Assembly: GCA_021513695.1 (NCBI GenBank)
Contig: CP084166.1
Span: 1,632,001 to 1,696,000, forward strand
DNA: 64,000 nucleotides
Reading direction: 5' to 3'
Source of the DNA: Candidatus Heimdallarchaeum aukensis
GTDB taxonomy: Archaea; Asgardarchaeota; Heimdallarchaeia; Heimdallarchaeales; Heimdallarchaeaceae
In this document: positions 51,662 through 61,365 of the stretch, piece after piece
Position numbering within the stretch: position 1 is the stretch's first letter
Layout of the letters: each line of letters starts with the position of its first letter
Made by a program: the position numbers and the translations under genes
Notes under the pieces: model-generated
Seen by the model: only the letters and a program-made list of their open reading frames with translations
What the model was told of the DNA's origin: nothing
Database searches by the model: none

Positions 51662-53947
51662 TTGAATAAACTTTTAGGTGATGATTTGTCATTCATAGAA
51701 CATTTGAATTTAACAGAAGATGAAAAAAAGATATATGCGTTTTTACTTAACTTTGGAAATTTGACAGCGATAGAACTAGCTAATTTTGCAGGAAAGAATT
51801 TTCAGACTGTAATAAATGCTTTAAACTCTTTAATTGAAAAAGGAGCAGTTGGTGAAACTAAAGGATATATCAAGAAGTATTTTGCTAGAATCCCATTATC
51901 ATATCTTGGAGAAAAGAGCTCAAATATTTCCAATCAAATCAACGAAAATCTTACTAAGGCCACTTCTTCTCTAACAAATGAAAAAGAAAAGCTCACAGAA
52001 CTTGCAACCAAAACAAAAACTGTGATTTCAGAAGAAATTGAGCGCAAGAAAAAAAGTTTAGATTCACAGATGAATACAAAAAAAGATGAAATACATTCCA
52101 ATATATCAGAAATTAAAGAAGAGGATTCAAACAAAATTGCAGAAATCCGATCTCAAATGGGAGAGGATATCAATTCTTTAAAGGATGAAATTACTTCAGA
52201 ACTTAGAGATAGTACGGGAAAAGCTTTAGAATCAATTTCTACTTCAAAAAAATCAATAGCGGATTCAAAAACAGAACTCATAACAAACTTAGAAAATAAT
52301 TCAGCAAAAATTATTGAGGAAACTGCAACTTCAGTCAAGACAAAAAGTGATGATATAAATAATGCAGTATCTAATCTTCAACCAAAATTAGAAGAATTGA
52401 AAGCTACCTATGTAAAAGAATTTGATGAAATTAGCAATATCACAAAAACAAACTTTGATCTAGCTAGATTAGATCTAAAGGAATTTAATGATAAACAAGC
52501 AACAAAAACTATTGATTATTCTCAAAACATAACAACAGAATTAGGTAAAACTCTAGACAATGCAACAGTGACAGTAAAAAGCCATTTAGATACGCTCAAT
52601 AATAACTTGGAAAATTTGTTAAATACCAAGACTGAGGAAATGGTACTGAAAATTAAAGAAACCTTAGCATCCTTGAGCAATGAAATCGAAGCAATAAAAG
52701 GTGATCTTGTAGCAGAGATGGTACAACAAAAAAGTGCTGTTTTAGCATCTACATTACTGAAAATAAAAGATGAGCTAGCCATCAAATTCACAGAGTTCTC
52801 AAACGAAGAACAACGAAGGAAACAGGAATTTATGAGTGAGAAAGATATTTTTTCACAAAAATTAGATGCCTATTATAATGAGACTATAGATGAATTTACC
52901 AAGAAAATTGAAGAAATAAAAACTAACGCTGAACAGAAAGTCAGCAGCATTAATTCAAAAGCTTTGGCTGAATTTACTTCACTCTCTGAACAGATAGTGT
53001 CGATCTTGTCTGAACACCAAGAAACTTTTAGTAAGAAAATAAACGACATTAAAAGCACAATTAGTGAAGAATTAGAAAAAAATGCTAATGTAAACAATGA
53101 AACGTTATCTAACATTGAGAATATGCTTAAAGCCATTATTGAAACCAACTCAACAAAAATAGAAGACTTATACGAAAAAACAAAAACAACTATAGAAACA
53201 CAAACAAAGATAATTCAGGAAGCAATTTTAAGCACAGTTGACAAAATAGTCAATGACACATTGGAAACAGCAAAAGCATTAGTTTCCATTTCAAAAGGCG
53301 AGATCGATAAAACAAAGAATTTCATCGAAGAGATGATAGAAAAGGAAATAGAAAACAGTTTTGGAATAATGGAAGAGACACATTCAAATCTCGAAAATCT
53401 AGCTAAAGAACTGATGAGTGTTTCTGTGAAGCTTGGTGAAGATTTTCAAACTTTAGAAGCAAAAACAACAGCAGTTAAAGAACCGGAAATAAATACAACT
53501 GCGATTATAGGTGTTGATGCAGTTGAAGAACACATAAAAGAGATATTGAAAAATGTACAAAGAAAGGGGACATTATTTGTACCAACAAAAAGGTCTGTTC
53601 CAGTAGAAGTCTTAAAAGCATTAAAAGGAACTGTGCAAATTACAGTAGTTACTAAAATTGACGAGGAGATGGACAAAGAGTGGATAAATGATTTGCTGAA
53701 TAATACACAAGCAAACATCATGATCAGAACAATACGAGAAGGAGGATTAGGTGGAGGAATGGGAACAGATATGCCTGTAATCTATGCTGTAGAGAGAGAC
53801 AGTTCTGAGGTGCTAGTAGCAATTGAAGATGAAACTACTAAAGAAGTAGTTGGGATACTATCAAACTCTACCGAATTTGCAAAAGTCCTATCATACACCA
53901 TACTTAGCAATTACTTAAGCGGAGCAGCTTCCAGACAAATAAGGTAA
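51662..53947 (+). CDS. TrmB-family winged-HTH N-terminal domain fused to a very long (~500 aa) coiled-coil region and a globular C-terminal domain
   Basis: 761 aa; TTG start in track (no in-frame ATG for ~140 codons); N-terminus DEKKIYAFLLNFGNLTAIELANFAGKNFQTVINALNSLIEKGAV matches the TrmB HTH; residues ~100-620 are E/K/T/N-rich heptad-like low complexity. Confidence 0.5.
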   Translation: MNKLLGDDLSFIEHLNLTEDEKKIYAFLLNFGNLTAIELANFAGKNFQTVINALNSLIEKGAVGETKGYIKKYFARIPLSYLGEKSSNISNQINENLTKATSSLTNEKEKLTELATKTKTVISEEIERKKKSLDSQMNTKKDEIHSNISEIKEEDSNKIAEIRSQMGEDINSLKDEITSELRDSTGKALESISTSKKSIADSKTELITNLENNSAKIIEETATSVKTKSDDINNAVSNLQPKLEELKATYVKEFDEISNITKTNFDLARLDLKEFNDKQATKTIDYSQNITTELGKTLDNATVTVKSHLDTLNNNLENLLNTKTEEMVLKIKETLASLSNEIEAIKGDLVAEMVQQKSAVLASTLLKIKDELAIKFTEFSNEEQRRKQEFMSEKDIFSQKLDAYYNETIDEFTKKIEEIKTNAEQKVSSINSKALAEFTSLSEQIVSILSEHQETFSKKINDIKSTISEELEKNANVNNETLSNIENMLKAIIETNSTKIEDLYEKTKTTIETQTKIIQEAILSTVDKIVNDTLETAKALVSISKGEIDKTKNFIEEMIEKEIENSFGIMEETHSNLENLAKELMSVSVKLGEDFQTLEAKTTAVKEPEINTTAIIGVDAVEEHIKEILKNVQRKGTLFVPTKRSVPVEVLKALKGTVQITVVTKIDEEMDKEWINDLLNNTQANIMIRTIREGGLGGGMGTDMPVIYAVERDSSEVLVAIEDETTKEVVGILSNSTEFAKVLSYTILSNYLSGAASRQIR

Positions 53948-54076
53948 AAAACCCTTTTTTTTATTCTTTTTTCGCAAAAAATGCTAATTTCAAGGTATGA
54001 ATCACAGTTAGGTTTTTAGCGTAAAGATTATAAGCGAAAACAATTTTCCCTAGTTAACAACAAAGGTGAATAAAAA

Positions 54077-54253
54077 ATGCCAACAGTAGTAGATGAATCA
54101 TGTTGTGTAGGCTGTGGAGCTTGTGTAGATGTCTGCCCAGAGAACGTTTACGACCTTATAAATGACATTGCTGTTCCTGTTCGTAAAGAAGATTGCACAG
54201 ACTGCGGCCTATGTATTGACGAATGTCCTTCAGAATGTATTGATTTTGAATAA
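54077..54253 (+). CDS. 2x[4Fe-4S] ferredoxin (58 aa), not in the ORF track
   Basis: my own translation: MPTVVDESCCVGCGACVDVCPENVYDLINDIAVPVRKEDCTDCGLCIDECPSECIDFE; two CxxCxxCxxxCP motifs. Confidence 0.6.
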   Translation: MPTVVDESCCVGCGACVDVCPENVYDLINDIAVPVRKEDCTDCGLCIDECPSECIDFE

Positions 54254-54336
54254 AGCAATATCTTTGCTTTTTCTTTTTGTTTTTAAATGCTATTTTCTAA
54301 ATTTTTAATTCGCACAGAAAAAAGAGATATTAAGTT

Positions 54337-54846
54337 TTAACCAAATTTTTTGTCACATCTCCCTCTATATTTACAATCCAAGCAAAATTCTCTTTCCCAA
54401 ATTCTTTGAAAAAAGTCTACTAACTTCCATATTTCCAAATAGTCCTCAATAATCACACCAATTTCCCAATTTCTTGCTGTGTCCTCAACTTTTCCCATTC
54501 CTGTTCCAGTCAAGTTTCCAGAGCCTACATATGCTTTTTTCCCATCAACAATAAACACCTTTCCATGGCTTCTTGGACAATGAAAAATTAGGGAGGGATC
54601 ATACTGTTCTATTTTCTTAACTAAAGTTGATTGTGTTGAATCCTTTCCGCTAATAATTCTTAAATCAATATCCTTACTCAATGCGATCAAAACTTCAGAG
54701 ATACGATATGTTTTTTTTGAAATAATTTGTACTCTAAAATCACTGGATACCCCTGTCATTATCCACAGACTTTCTTTTGCTTTAAACGCTACTTTACGTA
54801 AAAACTCGTCATAAATTTCTTTATTTACTATTACAGAGTTAGACAT
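54337..54846 (-). CDS. phospholipase-D-superfamily (HKD) nuclease, Nuc-like single-domain
   Basis: 169 aa; single HKD motif HGKVFIVDGKKAYVGSGNLT (H-x-K-x4-D-x6-GSxN). Confidence 0.6.
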   Translation of the reverse strand: MSNSVIVNKEIYDEFLRKVAFKAKESLWIMTGVSSDFRVQIISKKTYRISEVLIALSKDIDLRIISGKDSTQSTLVKKIEQYDPSLIFHCPRSHGKVFIVDGKKAYVGSGNLTGTGMGKVEDTARNWEIGVIIEDYLEIWKLVDFFQRIWEREFCLDCKYRGRCDKKFG

Positions 54847-54947
54847 TAATTACCTCATTGGCTTTAGTTTTTTAAACTCTGCTAAAAAAAGTCTAGTTAT
54901 TAAATGTTTTATTAAACCTTAAATACTGAAACCACAGTTGTTGAATA

Positions 54948-57938
54948 ATGGAAAATATCGAAGCTGTGTGTATCAAAATTCTCTCTCAAAAGGGAGGAGA
55001 AAATCCCCTCACTTCATTATTAGTTGAAATAAACAAAATTCAATATGTTCTTAATCTTTGGACTCCTTGGAATGAAATTGGTGATTACATTCAACCTTAT
55101 ACCAAGATACGTGCTTTTAACGTTGACAAGATAAAAAATAGTGACTCGATCTACTATTCTGCCGGAAAAAAGGCCATAGTTGTCGTAGATCCAGATATTC
55201 TAATTAATGCGTCTACAATTGGAAATATTTCCTATTGCCCAAGAAGTTATTACATCAGTGAAAAAATGGGAGATACTCTTTCTCCTTTATCTGCAATTAA
55301 AGGAACAATTGTTCATGTAGCTTTGAGTACAGCTATCGCTTCTGGAAACTCTCCCACGGAAGTATTATCTGATGTTATTGATTACTATTCAATCCAATTC
55401 GAGCAACTAGGTTACTCTCGAGAAAATATTGAAACAGAAGTCTACAAAATGGTTGAAGCACTAGATCAATTTATTAAAACTCTTCCCACAGAAACAATTC
55501 CCGAGTCACTCTTTTTCTCACCTTACTTAGGAATCAGAGGAAGAATTGATGTACTTGCAGAGCGTATTTACGAACTTAAAACAGCTAAACTTGGTACAGA
55601 TGATGATGCACGATTTTCAGATATGATGCAAGTAACTCTTTATTCTTTTGGTTTAACAGATATGAAGGAAAGTATAGCACAAACAGATGGAACTGTTTTA
55701 TATGTAGGTTCAGAAACTCTTCAACCAAAAGAAGTAAACATTAGTTGGGGAATCTTAAGATATGCTATTCAAATGCGTAATATTGCCTATAGAATCTCTT
55801 TTTTAGATTATATTCCTCCTATTCTTGGCGAAAACCAATCCAGAAAATGCAGTAAATGTTCAGTTCAAGTTATGTGTAGCCTTTTTTGCGCAGGGTTAAA
55901 TCAATTTAGGAATTGTGAAATATGTAATCATTCTCATTTTTGCAGTAAAACAGTTTTATCTGAAAAAGAGCAAGAATATTTCAATAAATATAGTTACTTG
56001 TTGTCTCAGGAAAGGCTAGAAACAAACCGCAATTTAGCTGATTTGTGGAATCTTTCTCTAGAAGAGAGAGTAGAAAAAGGAAAAACTATAGTTAACTTAG
56101 TATTAAAAAATGAAATTTTAGAAAATGGAATAAGGACATTAGTTTTTTCTTGTAACAATCAGTCAGAGATAAGAGAAGGAGATGTTATCATCTTAAGTGA
56201 CGGGGAAGTAATTTCCAATCCAATTAGTACAGGAACTGTGACTAACATTACATCAACATCTATAGAAATAGAAACAAAAGCTCATCCTGAAAAAGTTTCT
56301 GTAATTGATTTGTATTCTATTGATGTGGGATTTAATCGTCAACAAAGAGGATTATTCAACTTTATTTTTAAATCTAATAATTTTAAAGATATAATCTTGG
56401 GGCATAAACCTCCTGTTATAAAAAAAGTCAAAGGAAATTTTGTACCTAACAATTCTTCTCAAAATGAAGCTATCCAAAAGATTCTTGGTACTGAAAATTA
56501 CTTATTGATTCAAGGCCCTGCAGGAACAGGAAAAACACATGTAATTGCCAAATCTGCAATTTTACTCGCTGATAAAAAAGAGAAGGTGCTTTTAACAGCT
56601 TATACAAATCGAGCTGTTGACAACATGTGTAAATATCTATTAGAAAATGGTTATCAAAATTTTGTTAGGTTAGGCTCTACGCATGCCACACAGAGAAAAA
56701 TAAGAAAATACACTTTGTTTTCAATATTGAAGAAAAATAAAAATAAAAAAGTACTCGATCTTCTTGACGAATATCAAATAATTGTTGCCACAACATCCAC
56801 TATTTCTTCACCAGTTTATTCTAATCTTGGAATACAAACAGTAATCGTTGATGAAGCAAGCCAGATGACTGAAACAACTCTGCTTTCTGCTTTAATAGAA
56901 GGTAAGAAATTTATTCTTGTTGGAGACCACAAGCAATTGCCCCCTGTTATTCAAAGTGTGCTGTGTAAAAACGAGGGGTTTGATATTTCATTATTTGAGA
57001 AATTGGCCAAATCTAATCCCCAATTTGTTCATTTACTAACAATCCAATTTAGAATGAATGAGAAAATAATGGAATTTTCAAACAAAAAGTTTTATGAGAA
57101 CAAACTAGAATGTTTTGATAACCTAATTGCACTCCAAAACTTATATGACTTAGGAAATTTCGCAGGAGATTTTCAGCAATTTGAAAATAAGGCTATCTAT
57201 GACCCAAAAATGCCTTTAGTATACGTTCAAGTAAATGGAAAATTCAATCCTGAAAAAAAACTGAATGCTATGGAAGCTGAAATTGTTGCTACAATAGCTA
57301 AAAACTTTTTGAGATTAGGAATAAGCACTGAACAAATTGGAGTTATTGCACCTTATCGAGGGCAAGTAGGTGAAATAAGAAGATATATACCAGGTGTTTC
57401 GGTCGATACTGTAGATAGGTTTCAAGGTTCTGACCGAGAGATTATAATTCTCTCATTAACAGAAACAAATATTCACGGTTTTAAGGGATTTTCAGATGAA
57501 AGAAGACTCAATGTTGCTATTACGCGGGCTAAAAAGAAACTGGTAGTAGTTGGAAACCCAAATCTTACTGAGGGAGAGTTAGGAGAGTACATTAGTTATC
57601 TAAGAGATAATGTAGAAAATGTTCAAGTTAAAGAGATAGAAGAAAGAGAGGAATTGATAGAAAAACAAATAAGAACGGTCATAGTTGCTGATTCCATATC
57701 AAAAGTTGCTTCATTTTTCAAAAAAGTTAAGGCAAAAGGAAAAGAATTATACAAATCAAAAGAAGAAATAAACAAATGTCCAATTTGTTTCCAACAAGTT
57801 TATGAGAATGCTATTCAATGTCCAATTTGTGAAAAACTTTATCATTACACTCACTTAATCCAATGGATTAAAGAAAAAGGAAGATGCCCTTACTGCAAAA
57901 CATCTTTATCTATATATTCTGTCTATGCAGAAGAGTAA
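54948..57938 (+). CDS. Dna2-like nuclease-helicase: N-terminal Cas4/RecB-family PD-(D/E)XK nuclease with 4-Cys Fe-S cluster, SF1B (Dna2/Upf1-like) helicase, C-terminal RING-like zinc finger
   Basis: 996 aa; nuclease motifs with Cys ligands (ISYCPRSYY...RIDVL...YELKT...MQVTLY...CSKCSVQVMC); helicase Walker A GPAGTGKT, motif II VIVDEASQ, motif III LVGDHKQLPP, motif V RFQGSDREIIILS, NVAITRAK; C-terminus CPIC-x10-CPIC-x4-H-x2-H-x10-CPYC. Confidence 0.7.
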   Translation: MENIEAVCIKILSQKGGENPLTSLLVEINKIQYVLNLWTPWNEIGDYIQPYTKIRAFNVDKIKNSDSIYYSAGKKAIVVVDPDILINASTIGNISYCPRSYYISEKMGDTLSPLSAIKGTIVHVALSTAIASGNSPTEVLSDVIDYYSIQFEQLGYSRENIETEVYKMVEALDQFIKTLPTETIPESLFFSPYLGIRGRIDVLAERIYELKTAKLGTDDDARFSDMMQVTLYSFGLTDMKESIAQTDGTVLYVGSETLQPKEVNISWGILRYAIQMRNIAYRISFLDYIPPILGENQSRKCSKCSVQVMCSLFCAGLNQFRNCEICNHSHFCSKTVLSEKEQEYFNKYSYLLSQERLETNRNLADLWNLSLEERVEKGKTIVNLVLKNEILENGIRTLVFSCNNQSEIREGDVIILSDGEVISNPISTGTVTNITSTSIEIETKAHPEKVSVIDLYSIDVGFNRQQRGLFNFIFKSNNFKDIILGHKPPVIKKVKGNFVPNNSSQNEAIQKILGTENYLLIQGPAGTGKTHVIAKSAILLADKKEKVLLTAYTNRAVDNMCKYLLENGYQNFVRLGSTHATQRKIRKYTLFSILKKNKNKKVLDLLDEYQIIVATTSTISSPVYSNLGIQTVIVDEASQMTETTLLSALIEGKKFILVGDHKQLPPVIQSVLCKNEGFDISLFEKLAKSNPQFVHLLTIQFRMNEKIMEFSNKKFYENKLECFDNLIALQNLYDLGNFAGDFQQFENKAIYDPKMPLVYVQVNGKFNPEKKLNAMEAEIVATIAKNFLRLGISTEQIGVIAPYRGQVGEIRRYIPGVSVDTVDRFQGSDREIIILSLTETNIHGFKGFSDERRLNVAITRAKKKLVVVGNPNLTEGELGEYISYLRDNVENVQVKEIEEREELIEKQIRTVIVADSISKVASFFKKVKAKGKELYKSKEEINKCPICFQQVYENAIQCPICEKLYHYTHLIQWIKEKGRCPYCKTSLSIYSVYAEE

Positions 57939-57953
57939 GGCGAAAAAATATAA

Positions 57954-59525
57954 CTAATTAAAAAACTCATCTAGCGATGGTTGTTGCTTTTTATTCTTTT
58001 TTTGTTTCTTCTGCATCTCTTTCACTTTGGATTCCTTACTTTTTTGAGCTGTGGATTCAGTGTTTTTTTCTTTTTTCTTTTTCTTACTTTTTTTAACATT
58101 CAGTTCTTCAGTTTCTTCATCTCGCTTTTCTTCTTCAAAGTGTGAAATTAAAGGTGTTACTTTTGAAGGAGGAGACGAGAGAGTTACTTCTTTTGCAAAA
58201 TCAACATACAATTCATCCATATATTCCAGAATTAACTTTGTTTGTTTAGCATTTTTTTCAGTTAAATAATCGATCTCATCTGCTTCAAGATTCAACCAAG
58301 TAGCTATTCCTGCAGCCATTTTTGCATCATTTTTAAAAATGGATCTCATGTATGGATAAATGTCTTGTTTAAATTGAGAAGAAGAGCAGTGAAATTTTGA
58401 TTTGCTTTTTTTAATGATTGACGTGAGCTTAGCTTCTTTCATTCTTAATCTGCCAATTTTCGCCCAGTAGGAGGGAAAAGTATATCTGACTTGCTTATAG
58501 GGCGAAGTTTTCATTAATCCTACACTAGAAATAAATACAAAAAAATATTTCAGAAAAATCCAATTTTGAGTTAAATATGCTTGAGATAAATAGAAGTCTG
58601 CTTCCGCTATAAGTGAATACATATTATCTAATTCTTTTGGACTTTTAGCTTGCTTATAGCTGTGCTCGTCTACGTAATTTAACAACTCTCTGTAATCTAC
58701 ATCTAAGCCCTCAATAGCTTTTCTTGCTGATTCTAAGCTTTTTGCGTAATAAATTTTTGATAATGCTTGATTTAGTTTTTGTTCTTGATTTCTTTGGGAA
58801 AATTCAAATTTTACATCAACCGATAATGAATCTTTAAGAGCAATACTTTCTAAATCATTCAAAGCTGAACGTGCATCACCTGAGCTGTTTTTTGCGATGT
58901 CCAATAAAACTTCATCATCAATTGTAAGATTCTCTTTTTTAACAATACGCCTTAGTAACTCAATTATTTCATCAATTGTTAAATGATGAAATTCAACAAT
59001 TTTCATGTGCCTTTTTACAGAACTTAACGATTTAGCTTCAACATCATTAGCTGTGGCAATGATGGGAATTTGAGTTCCCTTAATTGCTTTTTCTAAAGCT
59101 TTTCCTCCTCCTCTATCTTGATTTCCAAATAATCCATCAGCTTCATCAACAATGATCATTTTTCTAACTGTTCCACCTTGCAAAACTGTTCCTTCAGTGG
59201 AAGCCTTACCAACAAGTAATTCAACAGCTTTTTTATTTCTTTTATCACTTGCATTGACTTCAATATACTCATAATTATATTTTCTAGCTAAATATAAGGC
59301 TACGCTTGTTTTTCCTACTCCAGCAGGACCAACTAATAAAATAACTTTTTTCTTTTCTTGATTCCAATTTCGTAGCCATCTTTCAATTTCTTTTACTACA
59401 AGCTTATTTCCAACAAAATCATCAAGTACTTTGGGTCTATATTTCTCCACAAATGGTAAATTAAGAGATTCGGAACTCATAAGGCAAAATAGAATAAAAG
59501 TTTTAACTATAAAAAATATTCTCAA
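57954..59525 (-). CDS. rfcL: replication factor C large subunit with Lys-rich tail and C-terminal PIP box
   Basis: 523 aa; Walker A GPAGVGKTS, Walker B/DEAD IIVDEADG, sensor motifs; extreme C-terminus QPSLDEFFN fits QxxLxxFF. Confidence 0.8.
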   Translation of the reverse strand: MRIFFIVKTFILFCLMSSESLNLPFVEKYRPKVLDDFVGNKLVVKEIERWLRNWNQEKKKVILLVGPAGVGKTSVALYLARKYNYEYIEVNASDKRNKKAVELLVGKASTEGTVLQGGTVRKMIIVDEADGLFGNQDRGGGKALEKAIKGTQIPIIATANDVEAKSLSSVKRHMKIVEFHHLTIDEIIELLRRIVKKENLTIDDEVLLDIAKNSSGDARSALNDLESIALKDSLSVDVKFEFSQRNQEQKLNQALSKIYYAKSLESARKAIEGLDVDYRELLNYVDEHSYKQAKSPKELDNMYSLIAEADFYLSQAYLTQNWIFLKYFFVFISSVGLMKTSPYKQVRYTFPSYWAKIGRLRMKEAKLTSIIKKSKSKFHCSSSQFKQDIYPYMRSIFKNDAKMAAGIATWLNLEADEIDYLTEKNAKQTKLILEYMDELYVDFAKEVTLSSPPSKVTPLISHFEEEKRDEETEELNVKKSKKKKKEKNTESTAQKSKESKVKEMQKKQKKNKKQQPSLDEFFN

Positions 59526-59538
59526 GAAGAGAATGGAG

Positions 59539-60222
59539 CTATTCTTTCTTATCTTTTATATCTTTGGTAAACAGCATTTTTCCTAGAATTCCTCCTATTC
59601 CTCCTCCGATAAGACCGATAATTCCTACAAAAATAAATGAACCTATAACTAGGGTAAAAAAAAACATAACAAAAAATAATAGAAAACCTGATATTCCAGC
59701 AATATTCCAATCAAAGGATACAGCCATTATTGAAAAAACAATATCTAGAAAAATAAATGATAAAGTTGCAGAAGTAGAACCAGCTCGTAATCCTCCTCTT
59801 GATACTAGACCTCCAGCGAAGGAGCCAACTAACCATATTCCAAGGATAAGAAAATATAACCCTGCGTTTCCAAATTTATTACCAATAGCAAACGATTGAT
59901 CTATGTTCAATTCAGAAAACATTGGTAAAAAGCCGATAGGTAAATTAAACTTAAACGGAATAAAGAGGTTCACAATTAACAACATTAACAAAATTGTAAA
60001 AAAATGTCCTCCAAAACCATATCTGTCAACTAGATAATCATGAGCTTCAATTAATGGAACAATATCAATTGTAGGCCATAAAATGAACATAATTAATACT
60101 ACTACAAGTGTGCAAGTCACAAAACCAATAAAAGATCTTACTATTCTTCGTCCAAACATCTTGTAAATATTGTCTCTTCTGTTATTTATTTCTTTGCAAA
60201 AAAACGAGAAATTATCTCCCAA
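59539..60222 (-). CDS. polytopic membrane protein with Gly-rich C-terminal helix, unknown
   Basis: 227 aa; 5-6 hydrophobic helices; GLIGGGIGGILG near the C-terminus. Confidence 0.4.
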   Translation of the reverse strand: MGDNFSFFCKEINNRRDNIYKMFGRRIVRSFIGFVTCTLVVVLIMFILWPTIDIVPLIEAHDYLVDRYGFGGHFFTILLMLLIVNLFIPFKFNLPIGFLPMFSELNIDQSFAIGNKFGNAGLYFLILGIWLVGSFAGGLVSRGGLRAGSTSATLSFIFLDIVFSIMAVSFDWNIAGISGFLLFFVMFFFTLVIGSFIFVGIIGLIGGGIGGILGKMLFTKDIKDKKE

Positions 60223-60254
60223 AAATTTTTATCAGTATTAACTTTCTTTTAAGT

Positions 60255-61082
60255 ATGGTTTTAATTGGACAAACATTACAAGCCTATAAAGGTCTAAGTA
60301 CAGAACAACTCTTACTTTTTGTAAAGGCATTAGGTTTTGAATCTTGTGAAATAAATCCAGCAGGAACTTCTTTAAATAATGTAGAAAAAATAATCTCTAA
60401 AGTCGGAAAAATGAAGTTGACCTTTCATCTTCCTATACAAGGAATTGAAGGATATGATTTTTCGCAAGAAGATAAAGCTGACCAAATCAATAATGTTATT
60501 TCCCTCATAAATAACTATGGAGAAAAACTTAACCTTCTTCTAGCTGTTGTTCACCCCCCTGAAGGGAACGGTAATATTGAAGTTTTAGTGAAAAATCTAA
60601 AAAAATTAAATATTCCAATTGTTTTAGAAAATGTTGTATGGTACTCAAATGAGGAGTTTAAAGAAATTTATGAAAAACTTAAGATTGAACTAGGGGATCA
60701 ATTGAAAGGCTGGTTATTTGATGTTGCTCATTCTTATTTGAGAAATGGGAGAAAACATTATTTAGATATTCTAGATTTACTTCCTTTTTCAGAATTAGAA
60801 GAGATACATCTATCAGACTGTTTAGAAGGAGAAGATTCTCACTATGCTTTCGGAGCAGGAATTCTCCCCATTGACGAGATATTAAGAGAAATTAAAGAAA
60901 GAGGGTATAATAAAATTATAGTAAATGAAATTGATGCACACCCTACAATTTGGGACGTAATTGATTCCTACAGAAAAGTGGCTAGAACATTTAAGAAAAA
61001 ATTATATCGAAAGGTCACATTTAGACTAGCGATAACTAAGCCAATAATACAAGCAAAACTAAAGAAAAATAAGATAATTTAA
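60255..61082 (+). CDS. xylose-isomerase-like TIM-barrel protein (sugar-phosphate isomerase/epimerase or AP-endonuclease-2 fold)
   Basis: 275 aa; barrel-end metal-ligand pattern (FHLP, VVHPPEG, VLEN, DVAHSY, EIHLSD). Confidence 0.45.
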   Translation: MVLIGQTLQAYKGLSTEQLLLFVKALGFESCEINPAGTSLNNVEKIISKVGKMKLTFHLPIQGIEGYDFSQEDKADQINNVISLINNYGEKLNLLLAVVHPPEGNGNIEVLVKNLKKLNIPIVLENVVWYSNEEFKEIYEKLKIELGDQLKGWLFDVAHSYLRNGRKHYLDILDLLPFSELEEIHLSDCLEGEDSHYAFGAGILPIDEILREIKERGYNKIIVNEIDAHPTIWDVIDSYRKVARTFKKKLYRKVTFRLAITKPIIQAKLKKNKII

Positions 61083-61096
61083 TTTTTATTTTTTTA

Positions 61097-61354
61097 TTAG
61101 TGTTCAGTTGTTTTTTGAATTATTTTTAGAGAAACATCTATAAGCTTAAGATAAGAGTTCATTGCAGCACGAGCTGAAACACTGTCTTTTGCTTTAATTA
61201 ATAGAAAAAGATCTTTTTTATCTCTATTAATAGAAGCAACAGCCCTATCAGTGACTAGATTTTTTGTTTCAATTTCTAAACTTGACGCAATAATTTTACA
61301 CATATTTTCATCTTCAAAAGATATTTTTGAAGTAAACTCTATCTCATTAATCAT
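61097..61354 (-). CDS. pcc1: KEOPS complex subunit Pcc1-like
   Basis: 85 aa; Pcc1-like beta-alpha pattern (SARAAMNSYLKLIDVSLKII) and its usual place at the end of the exosome superoperon. Confidence 0.45.
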   Translation of the reverse strand: MINEIEFTSKISFEDENMCKIIASSLEIETKNLVTDRAVASINRDKKDLFLLIKAKDSVSARAAMNSYLKLIDVSLKIIQKTTEH

Positions 61355-61365
61355 TTTAGAACCAC

